64,000 nt of DNA from an uncultured Candidatus Binatia bacterium (GCA_964291295.2 OZ219754.1:256001-320000), one strand, 5' to 3'. Positions 21,201 through 30,405 are shown, counted from the stretch's first letter. Made by a program: numbers and translations. The notes: generated by a model from the letters alone, not told the origin.

Positions 21201-21397
21201 TAAACGTGACGGGCCAGAAACTCGGGACGGACGGCGGCGTCTGCCGGGACCACATCCACCCACCAACCCTCAGCGGTTCGGGCCTCGATTGCCGCCTCCA
21301 GAGAGGACGTTCGCAGGTCTTCATAAAGCCCGGAATGGAGTCGACGCATCATGACGGGTCCGGCTGGAAGAGTAACGGATGGGGAGGCTTGTGTCAC
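18227..21397 (-). CDS. PLD nuclease + SF2 helicase + DUF3427 protein (SauUSI-like type IV restriction enzyme)
   Basis: PLD motif LHAKAWLF...GSSNLT, Walker A ATGTGKT, DEFHH, LTATPER, DLFNEGVD, QQLGRGLR, and a C-terminal Y.DY.ISPTLFHWESQN typical of DUF3427. Confidence 0.85.
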   Translation of the reverse strand: MTQASPSVTLPAGPVMMRRLHSGLYEDLRTSSLEAAIEARTAEGWWVDVVPADAAVRPEFLARHVYQLLRRALEGIPGEDAIQSASQVALANRLVEVLLDHGAMPGDRVEEVASLLLEAVERRVPGGAPVPVRRPTLSLRRTGLLVNGRRDAQVASEIAGEIPSADRIDLLCAFVRHSGLRLFRSELEERVREGAQVRVIASVYTGSTERRALDALVGLGAQVKVSYEVARTRLHAKAWLFHRRSGLHTAYIGSSNLTHTAQVDGLEWNVRVSAVENPEVIERFEATFEQYWQEPEFEDYAPGRDAQRLDHALSRQCGNGAPDAITALPLQVDVRPKPHQAAALEALEAERLRGHHRNLVVAATGTGKTWIAAFDYSRLRHQGIGPSLLFVAHRDEILRQSQQVFQLVLREPGFGERLVGGERPHAGRHVFASVQSLAPRVDDIDPHGFDVVIVDEFHHAAAASYERLLRRLKPKILLGLTATPERADGQSVLQWFDNRIASESRLWDALDQGLLCPFHYFGVNDATDLSAVRFERGRHVPGELDRVFTGDHLRAIRIRQAVEELVTDPHRMRALGFCAGVDHAHFMANQFTRFGWPAAALDGGFPLAERRAALARLRRGELRAVFAVDLFNEGVDLPEIDTLLMLRPTESATVFLQQLGRGLRWAEGKRLLTVLDFVGQVRREYRYDVRYRALLGGTRHQVRRAVEANFPSLPPGCALKLDRMAKETVLRNLRETVRNARARLADDLRALGPEARLAGFMRDAGVELDDIYARPASGHCFTELRRRAGFDEGPVDAPVLKTIGRLIHVDDHERIEAWRHLLERYPSERISKLHGRKRRLALMWFAVLGGRHQSVGEADQVLERIFRSAALRREIGDLLKILADEIRTVARPLDAASEVPLASHATYTLGEIVAAHGRTGGRDALVFPQGGVLWNPATRTDLLFVTLEKSDRDYAPAARYADYPISPTLFHWESQNTASPDTPAGRRYVEQRSRGTNVILFVRERKKDIRGETLPYRCLGHARYRSHEAERPMKILWELERPMPEGLYQAGKVVAG

Positions 21398-21895
21398 CCG
21401 GCCGTATCGCCATGTCGTATCGCCATGAGATTCTGAAACGTTCCGATTCTGAAGCGTTCCTTCAGGACCAACGCTTCAGGAATGGCGCCCTGCCCCACGG
21501 CCCGGATCGATGGCCATGCCGGGCTGCCGGCCATGTGCGGCCCGATCGTATGGCCCAATCGTACGGCCCGTGTTCTTCACGACTCCACGGGAAAGTGGTT
21601 TCAGGTGTTTCTGCGGGGTGCCCGTTGGGTACCCGCAAGGTTCCTGCGAGGTGCCCGCAGTCAGGCCCCGGGTGTCGGCGAGCCTGACCACCCCTCGATG
21701 GTTGGACTTGGCGGTGCCAATCAGAATGCATGCTGCCTCGGCCCCGGCGACTGCGCGAGTCTCTGTCGAGGGTGGCGGCATGGTCGAGTGACGGGTGGCA
21801 TGGTGGAGTATCGGGAAGTCAGGTCATCAGGTCAGGAAATCAGAAAATTATTCTGATCGTTCCATAATGACAGCCCTGCGCAATCCGCCGATCCG

Positions 21896-22040
21896 ATGCT
21901 CCACCGATGGGCATACCTGCGTGAGAACCGCCTGCAATACGTGCGCGACTTCACCTGTGATGAAGACCGCTCCAGGGTGCACGGGTGCCACCTGCCACGC
22001 AATCTCGCCCGCTTGAGCAACGCCTCCATGGCCATTCACA
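21896..22040 (+). pseudogene. ISAs1-family transposase, C-terminal remnant
   Basis: HRWAYLRENRLQYVRDFTCDEDRSRV...HLPRNLARLSNA resembles the ISAs1 motif HW.IEN.LHWV.DV.F.ED..R....P.NLA.LRN. Confidence 0.7.
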
Positions 22041-22312
22041 TGGTGGACCCGCGCTCGGCACTCTCCCGAACCAACTCACCCGGTGCGCCCTCCCGCTCAT
22101 CCCGACCCCAGCCCGCAATCGCCCCTGGCATTCCTGCCAAATTTCGACTCCAAATGGTAAACTGGGGCAGGCCGTGGTGGACTGGACGTGCGTGCGCGGT
22201 GCGGGAGGAACCGCTTGGCTGCAAGCGGCGAATTCACGGCCTCATGGGTCATCCCGCGACCTGCCGGTTCCACGCTTCTGTCCAACGGTCCTTCGCAATC
22301 GGGAATGTCCCT

Positions 22313-22738
22313 ATGCGTCTCTGGAGCATTCATCCCGGGCATCTCGACCCCCGCGGGCTGGTCGCGCTGTGGCGGGAGGGTCTGCTCGCCCAAGCGGTTC
22401 TGCAGGAGGCAACGAAAGGATACCGGCATCATCCCCAGCTCGCCCGGTTCCGCGCGCAGTCGTCGCCGGTGTCATTCATCGCCGCGTATCTCAAGGCCGT
22501 GCACGCCGAATCGGTGGAGCGGGGATACCGGTTCGACGCGACCAGGATCGCGCCCGGTGGTACCGCGGAACACATGGATGTGCCGCGAGGCCAGATCGAC
22601 TTTGAATGGTGTCATCTGAAGAGGAAGCTTGAGGCGCGCGCACCCGAGTGGCTCGACCGGCAAGCGGCGTCCACGCCGCGGGTCCATCCGCTGTTCCGGG
22701 TCGTACCGGGCGGGATCGCCGACTGGGAACGACCATGA
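22313..22738 (+). CDS. pyrimidine-dimer DNA glycosylase / T4 endonuclease V-like protein
   Basis: MRLWSIHP.HLD.RGLVALWREGLLAQAVL...GYRHHPQL.RF...RGY.FD, the signature of bacterial members of this family. Confidence 0.8.
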   Translation: MRLWSIHPGHLDPRGLVALWREGLLAQAVLQEATKGYRHHPQLARFRAQSSPVSFIAAYLKAVHAESVERGYRFDATRIAPGGTAEHMDVPRGQIDFEWCHLKRKLEARAPEWLDRQAASTPRVHPLFRVVPGGIADWERP

Positions 22739-22789
22739 CCGTCACGGCCTGACCGGATGCATTGCGCCATGCGCGTGAATCGCAAGAGA

Positions 22790-22887
22790 CAATGCTCTAT
22801 CGAGCCGTGGGAAGCTTGCCAGACATTTCACCAGCACCCACGCCGAGTACCCCGTCATACCCCGTCATCAACGTAGAGGAGGTGTGA
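22790..22887 (+). pseudogene. HigB toxin 3' remnant, frameshifted by a 10-bp duplication
   Basis: Removing one copy of TACCCCGTCA (22848-22867) gives ...FTSTHAEYPVINVEEV*, like the HigB C-terminus F.GTHAEYD.I....V*. It ends 1 nt before the higA ATG. Confidence 0.65.
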
Positions 22888-22888
22888 C

Positions 22889-23420
22889 ATGGCCAACAGC
22901 GGGATCAAGCCGATCCGGACCGAGCAGGATTACGAAGCCGCGCTTGCGCGGATCAACGCACTGATGGATGCGGAGCCCGGTAGCGCCGAGTTCGTCGAAC
23001 TCGACGTTCTGACCGATCTCGTCGAGCTTCATGAAAGCAGGAACAAGCCCATGGGCTATCCCGGCCCCGCGGCCGCCATCGAGTTCCGTATGGAACAGGG
23101 GAAACTGAGCCCAAGCGACCTGGTCCCGTTCATTGGAAGCCGCGCCAAGGTCTCGGAGATTCTCTCCGGCAAGCGCAGGCTCACCCTGCCGATGGCACGG
23201 GCGCTCCACGAGCATTTCGGGATTCCCGCGGACGTGCTGCTGAGCGAACCGGAAGTCGTATCCGGCAACCCCATGACCAAAATGGAATAGAGCCGCTTTC
23301 CCGTCAGGGCGATGGCAAAGCTGAACTGAATCCCGGACGGACCGGAACTTGTGGGGCGCGCCGAGGCGGTCATCCGTGACCTGATCCATCGGGCGGGCAG
23401 ACCGGACGTGGCCGCCGCCG
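22889..23420 (+). pseudogene. higA: HigA-type HTH antitoxin (intact ORF to 23290), probably a truncated HigA-ImmA/IrrE fusion
   Basis: IKPIRTEQDYEAAL, AIEFRMEQ..L...DL.PFIGSR.KVSEILSGKR.LTLPM. The frame continues ME*SRFPVRAMAKLN*IP through stops at 23288 and 23327. Confidence 0.75.
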
Positions 23421-23421
23421 C

Positions 23422-24543
23422 TCACTCCAACGTCCGCAACTCCGGATATACTTCCGTTGCGAACAGTTCCATGCTCCGCCGGGTCTCGTCATGGGTCATG
23501 AAGCCCGCCTGGTTCATCATCAGCAGGTGGCCGACGCCGCAGCGGTGGTGCAGGTACTTGACCTTCTCGAGGACCTTTTTCGGGGTGCCGGCGATGATCA
23601 CCCCCTGTTTGACGAGTTCCTCGTAGCCGCGGTTGTAGCGCGCGTTGCCCTTGGGGTCGAAGAACCGGACGAGGCCCTGGGGCGGCACGAATCCGGGCGG
23701 AGCGAAGAAGCCCACCGGGCGCCGCTTGTTGAGATACCAGAGAAGCTTGCGGCCGCCTTCTTCGGCCTTCCTGTCGGTCTCGCCGGTGAAGGTCAGGGCG
23801 CAGTAGGCGAACTTGTCGCTGCCCGGCTCGGGGTAGTGCATCTCTTCGCAGCGTTTGCGGTAGGCGCCGAAGATGGCTTCGGTCTGGTCGTAGGAGGTGA
23901 GCACGGTGGCCAGGGTGTAGTGGTGATCCGCCACCCACGGCACGGCCGCCGGTTGGCTGCCGGTGATCCAGATGGGGGGATGGGGCTGCTGGTAGGGCCG
24001 CGGCCACGGGTTCACGTAGCGGTAATGGTAGTGCCGGCCCTCCCAGTTGAATACGTCCTGGGTCTTCCACGCCTTGAGGATCAGGTCATGGGCCTCCTGC
24101 ATGCGTTCCCGGGTATCCGACGGATTGGTGTTGGCGGGATGGACCTCGGTTCCCACACCCCGCACGAAGCCGGCGATGAGGCGACCGCCGGACATGACGT
24201 CGAGCATGGCGGCGTCCTCGGCCACCTGGATGGGGCTGCGGTGCGCCAGCGGGAAGCCCAGCACCAGGAGCCGGGCGCGCCGGGTGCGCCGCACCAGCGC
24301 GGCGGCGGTGATGGAGACATTGGCCGCCATGCAGGTGGCGGTGGCGTGGTGCTCGTTGAGCATGATCTCCATGCCCAGTTCGTCGGCGTACTCGTACTCG
24401 TCGAGGTAGCGGTGGTAAAGGTCGTGGGCGATCCTGGGGTCGCAGTAGCGGCTGGGCAGGGTCACGCGCATGGCCCCGTACGTTTCCTCCGCGTCGTCCG
24501 GCAGGAACGGATAGGGCATTTCGGTGAAGTGATAGGCCAGCAA
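23422..24543 (-). CDS. luciferase-like (LLM) flavin-dependent monooxygenase
   Basis: FTEMPYP, MLNEHH, AMLDVMSGGRL.AGFVRG, PRPYQQPHPPIW and SMELFA.EV.P. AGGAGG RBS with a TTG start. Confidence 0.9.
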   Translation of the reverse strand: MLAYHFTEMPYPFLPDDAEETYGAMRVTLPSRYCDPRIAHDLYHRYLDEYEYADELGMEIMLNEHHATATCMAANVSITAAALVRRTRRARLLVLGFPLAHRSPIQVAEDAAMLDVMSGGRLIAGFVRGVGTEVHPANTNPSDTRERMQEAHDLILKAWKTQDVFNWEGRHYHYRYVNPWPRPYQQPHPPIWITGSQPAAVPWVADHHYTLATVLTSYDQTEAIFGAYRKRCEEMHYPEPGSDKFAYCALTFTGETDRKAEEGGRKLLWYLNKRRPVGFFAPPGFVPPQGLVRFFDPKGNARYNRGYEELVKQGVIIAGTPKKVLEKVKYLHHRCGVGHLLMMNQAGFMTHDETRRSMELFATEVYPELRTLE

Positions 24544-24563
24544 GACGGCGCCTCCTGTCGGCT

Positions 24564-25355
24564 CTAACTCGCCAGGAACTCCCGGACCGCTCGGGCCAGC
24601 GCCTCGGGCCGCTCCCACTGCGGGTAGTGGCCGGCGCCCGGTATGGCGGTGAAGCGGGCACCCGGTATGGCCTCCTGGAAGGCGCGCCCGTAGTCCGGAG
24701 TCACCACCCGATCGCTCCCGCCCCAGAACACGTGGGCGGGCACCCGCACCCGGGTCAGCCGCCGCAAGAGCTTGGGATTGTGCATGAACGGACGCCAGGC
24801 GAACTTCAGCACCGACTGGCGGTTGCGCAGCAGCGTGAGCAGTTCGTCGCCCTCCACACCCTCCATGCCCGGCCACCGGAGCACCTTGGCCGCCGCCGGG
24901 TCGTGCCACGCCAGCCCGGCGGCTTCCTGCGCGGTGCGGACATAGAGGTCCTGCACGTCGCGCACGGTGGGACCCGAGACCTTGATGCCCACCGAGTCGA
25001 TCAACGCCAGATGTCGAATGTGGCGGTGCGAGCGCACCGCCATTTCCGCCGCCACCCAGCCGCCGAACCCGTGGCCGATGACGTCCACCGGACCCGCGTC
25101 CAGGGCCTCGATGGTGTCGAGTCCCAGGAAGGCCAAGTCCTCGATGTCGTCGATCCAGTCCGGCAGCTCCGATCGGTTCACTCCGGGCAGCGACGGCACC
25201 ACCGCCCGGGCACCTTTCGCCAGGGCGGCATCGAAGGGCGGCACCTGCGTATCGAGCTGGTCACCGTAGAGGATCACCACCGGGTTGCCGTCTCCGCGTT
25301 GGCGGACTCCCAGCTTGACGCCATCGACTTCCATGGTCCCGGAGCGCCATGTCAT
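24564..25355 (-). CDS. alpha/beta hydrolase fold protein lacking the nucleophilic Ser
   Basis: VIGHGFGGW at the nucleophile elbow, WG..DRV and GAGHYPQWERP. Confidence 0.8.
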   Translation of the reverse strand: MTWRSGTMEVDGVKLGVRQRGDGNPVVILYGDQLDTQVPPFDAALAKGARAVVPSLPGVNRSELPDWIDDIEDLAFLGLDTIEALDAGPVDVIGHGFGGWVAAEMAVRSHRHIRHLALIDSVGIKVSGPTVRDVQDLYVRTAQEAAGLAWHDPAAAKVLRWPGMEGVEGDELLTLLRNRQSVLKFAWRPFMHNPKLLRRLTRVRVPAHVFWGGSDRVVTPDYGRAFQEAIPGARFTAIPGAGHYPQWERPEALARAVREFLAS

Positions 25356-26203
25356 GACCCCCCACCCTCCTCCGCGTGCCGCTTGATGAAATCGATGACC
25401 AATGCGTTGAATTTCTCCGGATGTTCCGCATGGGAGCAGTGCCGCGACTGGTCGAAGACCGTTGCCTCGGCTCCCGGTATCTCGGCCTGGAGGTCGGCGG
25501 CGTAGGTGGGAAACCGAAGCGGGTCCTGTGCCCCCGCCACGATCAGCACCGGACAACGGATCCTGCCATGGTCGGGCCGCGCCGGACGAAAGCCGCGGGC
25601 CTTTCCCCCGGGTGCCAGACGCGCCGCCGCGCAGGCCTCCCACACCCCCGGTTCCAGACTCGCCCGCCAGCGCTCCTCCACCACATCCTCGCTCCACCAG
25701 CGCTCGTGATAGAAGCAGACGCGCAGGATCGCGCGCATCTGCTCCCGCTCACCGGTGTAGCCGGTGAGCACCTTGCGTTGATGGTTGTCCGGCGCCTTGC
25801 CGCCGCCGCTCACGGTGATCACCGAAGCCACGTCAAAGCGCGGGTCCGCCGCCATCTGCAGGCAGAACCCGCCCCCGAAGGAGTTGCCGGCGAGGTGCAC
25901 CGGCCCGAGGCACAGGGTCCGAAGGAACCCGTCGATGTGCCGGAGCCGAAAACCCGGCGCATCGCTGAAGCTGTAGACGAGATCGGTGCGGCCGAAGCCG
26001 GCCAGGTCCGGTGCGTAGACGTGGAAGTGCTCGCCGAGTTGCGCGATGTTGCGGCGCCAACTGAACTCGGCCCGGCCGCCGAATTCGCCGCTGTGGATCA
26101 GCACCACCGTGGGGCCGCGGCCGACGCCGGCCTCGAGGTAGTGGGTCCGAATCTGACCCACCTGCACGTAGTGGCGGCTTACGCCCTCGGGAAGATCGCT
26201 CAC
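25352..26203 (-). CDS. alpha/beta hydrolase (MhpC/BphD-like)
   Basis: YAPDLAGFG, GNSFGG, GAQD and HCSHAEHPEKFN. Start codon uncertain (26203 or 26239). Confidence 0.85.
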   Translation of the reverse strand: MSDLPEGVSRHYVQVGQIRTHYLEAGVGRGPTVVLIHSGEFGGRAEFSWRRNIAQLGEHFHVYAPDLAGFGRTDLVYSFSDAPGFRLRHIDGFLRTLCLGPVHLAGNSFGGGFCLQMAADPRFDVASVITVSGGGKAPDNHQRKVLTGYTGEREQMRAILRVCFYHERWWSEDVVEERWRASLEPGVWEACAAARLAPGGKARGFRPARPDHGRIRCPVLIVAGAQDPLRFPTYAADLQAEIPGAEATVFDQSRHCSHAEHPEKFNALVIDFIKRHAEEGGGS

Positions 26204-26392
26204 GGCCCCCTGCGTAACCAAAAGGCGTATGGCTGTCAACTTGACGACGGAGACGCCTGGCGCCCGTGCGGGACGGGCCTGAAGCTCCGGACTCGCAGGC
26301 TGTCCGCCTATGTGCTAGGGTCGGGTTTCTGTCCATGTGGCCCTGTCGCGCGCACGACGGAGCGCGAGACAGTATGCGAGACACGCTTCTGG

Positions 26393-26462
26393 CTTGATAC
26401 ATCAGACTTGATATTTCAGACCTGAAACTTGAGACCTGGAACTTGAGACCTGGAACTTGAAA
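26393..26462. repeat. five degenerate 14-bp tandem units upstream of lsrF
   Basis: CTTGATACATCAGA CTTGATATTTCAGA CCTGAAACTTGAGA CCTGGAACTTGAGA CCTGGAACTTGAAA. Confidence 0.75.
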
Positions 26463-26478
26463 GACGCGGGGAGGCCGT

Positions 26479-27279
26479 ATGCACTGGGGTATGGAAAACA
26501 GGATGGCGCGCATCGTCCAGCCGGCGGACGGGCGTTGCGTGATGCTGGCCGTGGATCACGGCTACTTTCTGGGTCCGACCAGCGGCCTGGAGCAACCGCG
26601 GGAGACCATCGAGCCGCTGCTGCCCCACGCCGACGCCATCATGCTGACCCGCGGCGTGCTGCGCAATGCGGTGGACGCGGGCATGCAGGCGCCGGTGGTG
26701 CTGCGCGTATCCGGCGGCACCAGCATCCTCAAGGAACTCTCCAACGAGGAGGTCACCGTTTCCATCGAGGACGCCATCCGGCTCAACGTCTCGGCCATGG
26801 CGCTGTCGATCTTCGTGGGCTCGGAGTTCGAGAAGGAGACGCTGGTGAGCCTGGCCAGGCTGGTGGACGAGGGCGAGCGATACGGGATTCCCGTGCTCGC
26901 CGTCACCGCCGTGGGCAAGGACATGGCCCGGGACGAACGCTATCTGGGTCTGTCGTGCCGCATCGCCGCGGAACTGGGCGCCCACCTTGTCAAGACCTAC
27001 TACTGCGAGGGCTTCGAGAACGTGGTCCAGTCCTGCCCGATTCCGGTGATCGTGGCCGGCGGCAAGAAGACCCCGGAGATGGAGGCCCTGGAACTCACCA
27101 GGAACGCCGTGGACCACGGCGCCGTGGGCGTCGACATGGGCCGGAACATCTTCCAGTCCGACAGCCCCGCGGGGATGATCCGGGCGGTGCGGGCCATCGT
27201 TCACGACGGTGCTTCCGCCGAGGAAGCCTACGGCATGTACGAATCGTCGAAACCGCCGGCGGAACGGGCAACCGGCTGA
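26479..27279 (+). CDS. lsrF: LsrF-like class I aldolase/thiolase
   Basis: WGMENR, MLAVDHGYFLGPTSGLE, AAELGAH.VKTYY and GVDMGRNIFQ. Confidence 0.85.
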   Translation: MHWGMENRMARIVQPADGRCVMLAVDHGYFLGPTSGLEQPRETIEPLLPHADAIMLTRGVLRNAVDAGMQAPVVLRVSGGTSILKELSNEEVTVSIEDAIRLNVSAMALSIFVGSEFEKETLVSLARLVDEGERYGIPVLAVTAVGKDMARDERYLGLSCRIAAELGAHLVKTYYCEGFENVVQSCPIPVIVAGGKKTPEMEALELTRNAVDHGAVGVDMGRNIFQSDSPAGMIRAVRAIVHDGASAEEAYGMYESSKPPAERATG

Positions 27280-27391
27280 TGGACGTCAGACCCCCTCGGT
27301 GACACGGTGACGGCGACGGGGTAACAGGCGCGCCACCGCGCTCCTCTCCCGCCATTCCCGTGCGCGGTCAGCCGGACTTCAGGAACGAGCC

Positions 27392-28420
27392 ATGCGCGTC
27401 GCCATGTACTACAGCAACGACGACGTCCGGTTGGAGGAGTTGCCGGTTCCCATCGCGGGTCCGGGAGAGTTGCTGCTCAAGGTCCGGGCCAGCGGCATCT
27501 GCGGCACCGACGTGCTGGAGTGGTACCGGCGCGCGCAGGCACCCCGGGTGCTCGGACACGAGGTTGCCGGCGAGGTGACCGAGGTGGGCGCCGGGGTGAC
27601 GGGGTTCGCTCCCGGCGACCGCATCGTCACCACCCACCACGTGCCCTGCAACGACTGTCACCACTGCCGCTCCGGGCACGCCTCGGTCTGCCAACTGATG
27701 CGCGAGACCCGTTTCGACCCCGGCGGTTTTGCCGAGTATCTGAGGCTGCCCAAGGTCAACGTGGATTCCGGCACCTTCCGGCTTCCCGACTCGCTCTCCT
27801 TCGTGCAAGGCTCCTTCGTCGAACCACTGGGGTGCGTTGTCCGGGCGCAGGATCACGCTCGCGCGCCGCTGCAGGAAACCGTGCTGGTCATGGGCGCCGG
27901 CATCGCCGGTCTGCTGCACGTCCAGTTGGCCCGGAGCCGGGGCGCCAGAATCCTGGTCGCCACCGACATCAATCAGGAGCGACTGACGCTGGCGCGTTCC
28001 CTGGGCGCGCACCATGGATTCCACGCGGCGGACGACGTGCCGGCGCGCCTGCGCGAAGTGACCGGCGGCCGGCTGGCGAACCTCGTGATCGTCTGCACCG
28101 GCGCGACACCGGCGTTCCGGCAGGCGTTCCGGTGCGTCGAGCGCGGCGGCCGGCTGCTCTTCTTCGCCTCTCCCCCGGCCGGGCACGAAGTGCCCATGCC
28201 GCTCTACGAGATGTGGCGCGACGAGGTCGGCGTGGTCACCTCGTACGGTGCCAGCCCCCGGGATCTGGAGGATGCGGTGGATCTGCTGGCGAACGGCAAG
28301 GTACGCGTGGACGAACTCGTGACCCACCGGCTGCCGCTCGCCGAAACCGGGAGAGGGTTTCGGCTCGTCGCCGGCGCCAAGGATGCGCTGAAGGTCATCA
28401 TCGAGCCGCAACGGACCTGA
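27392..28420 (+). CDS. zinc-dependent MDR dehydrogenase (sorbitol/iditol DH-like)
   Basis: GICGTD, GHE, HVPC..C..C...C and GAGIAG. Confidence 0.85.
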   Translation: MRVAMYYSNDDVRLEELPVPIAGPGELLLKVRASGICGTDVLEWYRRAQAPRVLGHEVAGEVTEVGAGVTGFAPGDRIVTTHHVPCNDCHHCRSGHASVCQLMRETRFDPGGFAEYLRLPKVNVDSGTFRLPDSLSFVQGSFVEPLGCVVRAQDHARAPLQETVLVMGAGIAGLLHVQLARSRGARILVATDINQERLTLARSLGAHHGFHAADDVPARLREVTGGRLANLVIVCTGATPAFRQAFRCVERGGRLLFFASPPAGHEVPMPLYEMWRDEVGVVTSYGASPRDLEDAVDLLANGKVRVDELVTHRLPLAETGRGFRLVAGAKDALKVIIEPQRT

Positions 28421-28477
28421 GGATCCGCCACACCCGCGAACGCATCCGGAACTCGGCCGGGGCCACGCAGGGGCGGC

Positions 28478-28684
28478 TCAATCGATCTCGGATGTTTCGG
28501 GGCGGGCTTCCCGGACCTTCCCCGCGGCTATCTCCCGCAGGGCCACGACGATCTCGCGGTTGTCGGCTTCCACCAACGGCTTGGCGCCCTTCAGAAGCTG
28601 CTTGGTGCGCTGTGAGCCCAGCATCACGAGCTTGAAGCGGTTGGAAACCTCGTGGAGGCAATCTTCGACGGTGATTCGTGCCAC
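28478..28684 (-). CDS. rpoZ: RNA polymerase omega subunit
   Basis: [16 protein letters not shown]....QR.KQL..GA.PL......[10 protein letters not shown]. Confidence 0.93.
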   Translation of the reverse strand: MARITVEDCLHEVSNRFKLVMLGSQRTKQLLKGAKPLVEADNREIVVALREIAAGKVREARPETSEID

Positions 28685-28698
28685 GGCACCCTCTCCTG

Positions 28699-29736
28699 TT
28701 ACGCCATGCCCTGCTGCGCCGGATGTTCGTCCTGTGCCGGCTCGTCCTGCCCCGGCGTCTCGATCTCGAACCCCAGATCCTCGATCATGCGGTGGGCGTC
28801 GGTCGCGGCCTGGCCGGATGTCGTCAGGTAGCCGTTGACGAAGATCGAGTTGGCCGGATAGAGGCTCAGCGGCTGCAGCGACCGCAGGTTGACTTCCCGG
28901 CCGCCGGCCACGCGGATCTCCTTGCTCGGATTGACGAAACGAAACAGGCACAGGACCTTCAGACAATACTGCGGCGTCAGATTCGACCGCCCTTCCATGG
29001 GAGTTCCCGGGATGGCTTGCAGAAAGTTCACCGGGATGGAGTCCACGTCCAGTTCCCGCAACGACACCGCCAAGTCCATGACATCGTCGTCCTGCTCTCC
29101 CAGCCCGATGATGCCGCCGCAACAGGTGGACAGCCCGGCGGCCTTGACGCTCTCCACGGTGGCGACGCGGTCATCGTAAGTGTGGGTGGAGACGACTTCC
29201 GGATGGTAGCGGTTGCTGGTGTTGAGATTGTGGTTGATCCGCTCGACGCCGGCGTCCTTGAGGATGCGCGCCTTGGTCTCGGTGAGCAGCCCCATGCACG
29301 CGCAGATGTGGATGGGAACCTTGCTCTTGATCTCGGCCACGGCCTCGGCCATCTTCTCGGTTTCCTTGAGCGTGGGACCGCGGCCGCTGTTGACCAGGCA
29401 GAAGCGCATGGCACCGGCTTCCCGGGCCTTGACCGCGGCGTCCACCAGTTCCGCCCTGGCGCGGAACGGGTATTTGTCGATCTCGGCCTCGGACACCGCC
29501 GACTGCGAGCAGTAGCCGCAGTCCTCGGGGCAAAGCCCGCTCTTGGCGTTCATCAGGACGTGGATCTGTACCTTCTTGCCGAAGTAGCGGTAACGGACCC
29601 GGAACGCGGCATCAAGCAATTCCGGCAGCCTCTCGTCGTCGCCCTTGATGACCGACTTCATTTCAGCGGGCGAAAGAAGCGCCCCGGCGAGCGCCTTCTC
29701 CGCCAGCGCGGAATACTCCGGCTCCACTTTGCTCAT
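28699..29736 (-). CDS. bioB: biotin synthase
   Basis: [17 protein letters not shown] radical-SAM motif, NHNLNTS, SIPVNFL and ANSIF. Confidence 0.96.
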   Translation of the reverse strand: MSKVEPEYSALAEKALAGALLSPAEMKSVIKGDDERLPELLDAAFRVRYRYFGKKVQIHVLMNAKSGLCPEDCGYCSQSAVSEAEIDKYPFRARAELVDAAVKAREAGAMRFCLVNSGRGPTLKETEKMAEAVAEIKSKVPIHICACMGLLTETKARILKDAGVERINHNLNTSNRYHPEVVSTHTYDDRVATVESVKAAGLSTCCGGIIGLGEQDDDVMDLAVSLRELDVDSIPVNFLQAIPGTPMEGRSNLTPQYCLKVLCLFRFVNPSKEIRVAGGREVNLRSLQPLSLYPANSIFVNGYLTTSGQAATDAHRMIEDLGFEIETPGQDEPAQDEHPAQQGMA

Positions 29737-29798
29737 GGGACTTCCGTGTAACATGGGGGGTCCGGAGTTGCAACCGGACGGCCGGCCACAAGACGCCG

Positions 29799-30287
29799 TC
29801 AGCCGATGAAAAGTTCGAAGATCCGGCCCCGCTGGTTCGACACCGTTTTCGGCGTCAGCAGTTTCCGGTCGAGTGACAGCGCGCTCCGGGCGACCTCCCA
29901 GTTCGTCTGCGGCAACGGGTCCAGCAAGCGGATCTCGTCCAGCGAAAGATACAGGGCACGGTCCACCTCCCGCAGGTCCGGCGTCGGCTCCGGGGTGACT
30001 CCCCGCAGCAGCAGCACGACATAGATGCTGTTGCCGGAGTCCTCATCGCAGCGGCTGCGTACCCCGAGCACTCCCTCGACCTCCGCCTCCACACCCGCCT
30101 CCTCGGCCACCTCCCGGACCACCGCGTCCTCGATGGTCTCGTCGGGTTCGACGAAGCCGCCCGGCACCTGCCAGTTGCCGCGGCCGCGGCGCGACGCGCG
30201 CCGGACGAACAGCAGGCGTCCGTCCCGCACCACCGCTCCACCCACGCCGATGTTGTAGCCGGTGTTGTAGCGTTCCGGTATCGCCAT
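29799..30287 (-). CDS. NUDIX hydrolase
   Basis: Nudix box PGGFVEPDETIEDAVVREVAEEAG. Confidence 0.9.
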   Translation of the reverse strand: MAIPERYNTGYNIGVGGAVVRDGRLLFVRRASRRGRGNWQVPGGFVEPDETIEDAVVREVAEEAGVEAEVEGVLGVRSRCDEDSGNSIYVVLLLRGVTPEPTPDLREVDRALYLSLDEIRLLDPLPQTNWEVARSALSLDRKLLTPKTVSNQRGRIFELFIG

Positions 30288-30405
30288 GTCGTCCTCTCCA
30301 TCCCGCCCGCCCGCTTCAGGTACGGGACCGCGTGGTGTTATACCTTGCGGCAGGAACACGCGTCCAGCGGCCTCGGCTACAGCGGCTCCGGGTCGCGCGC
30401 GGGAC

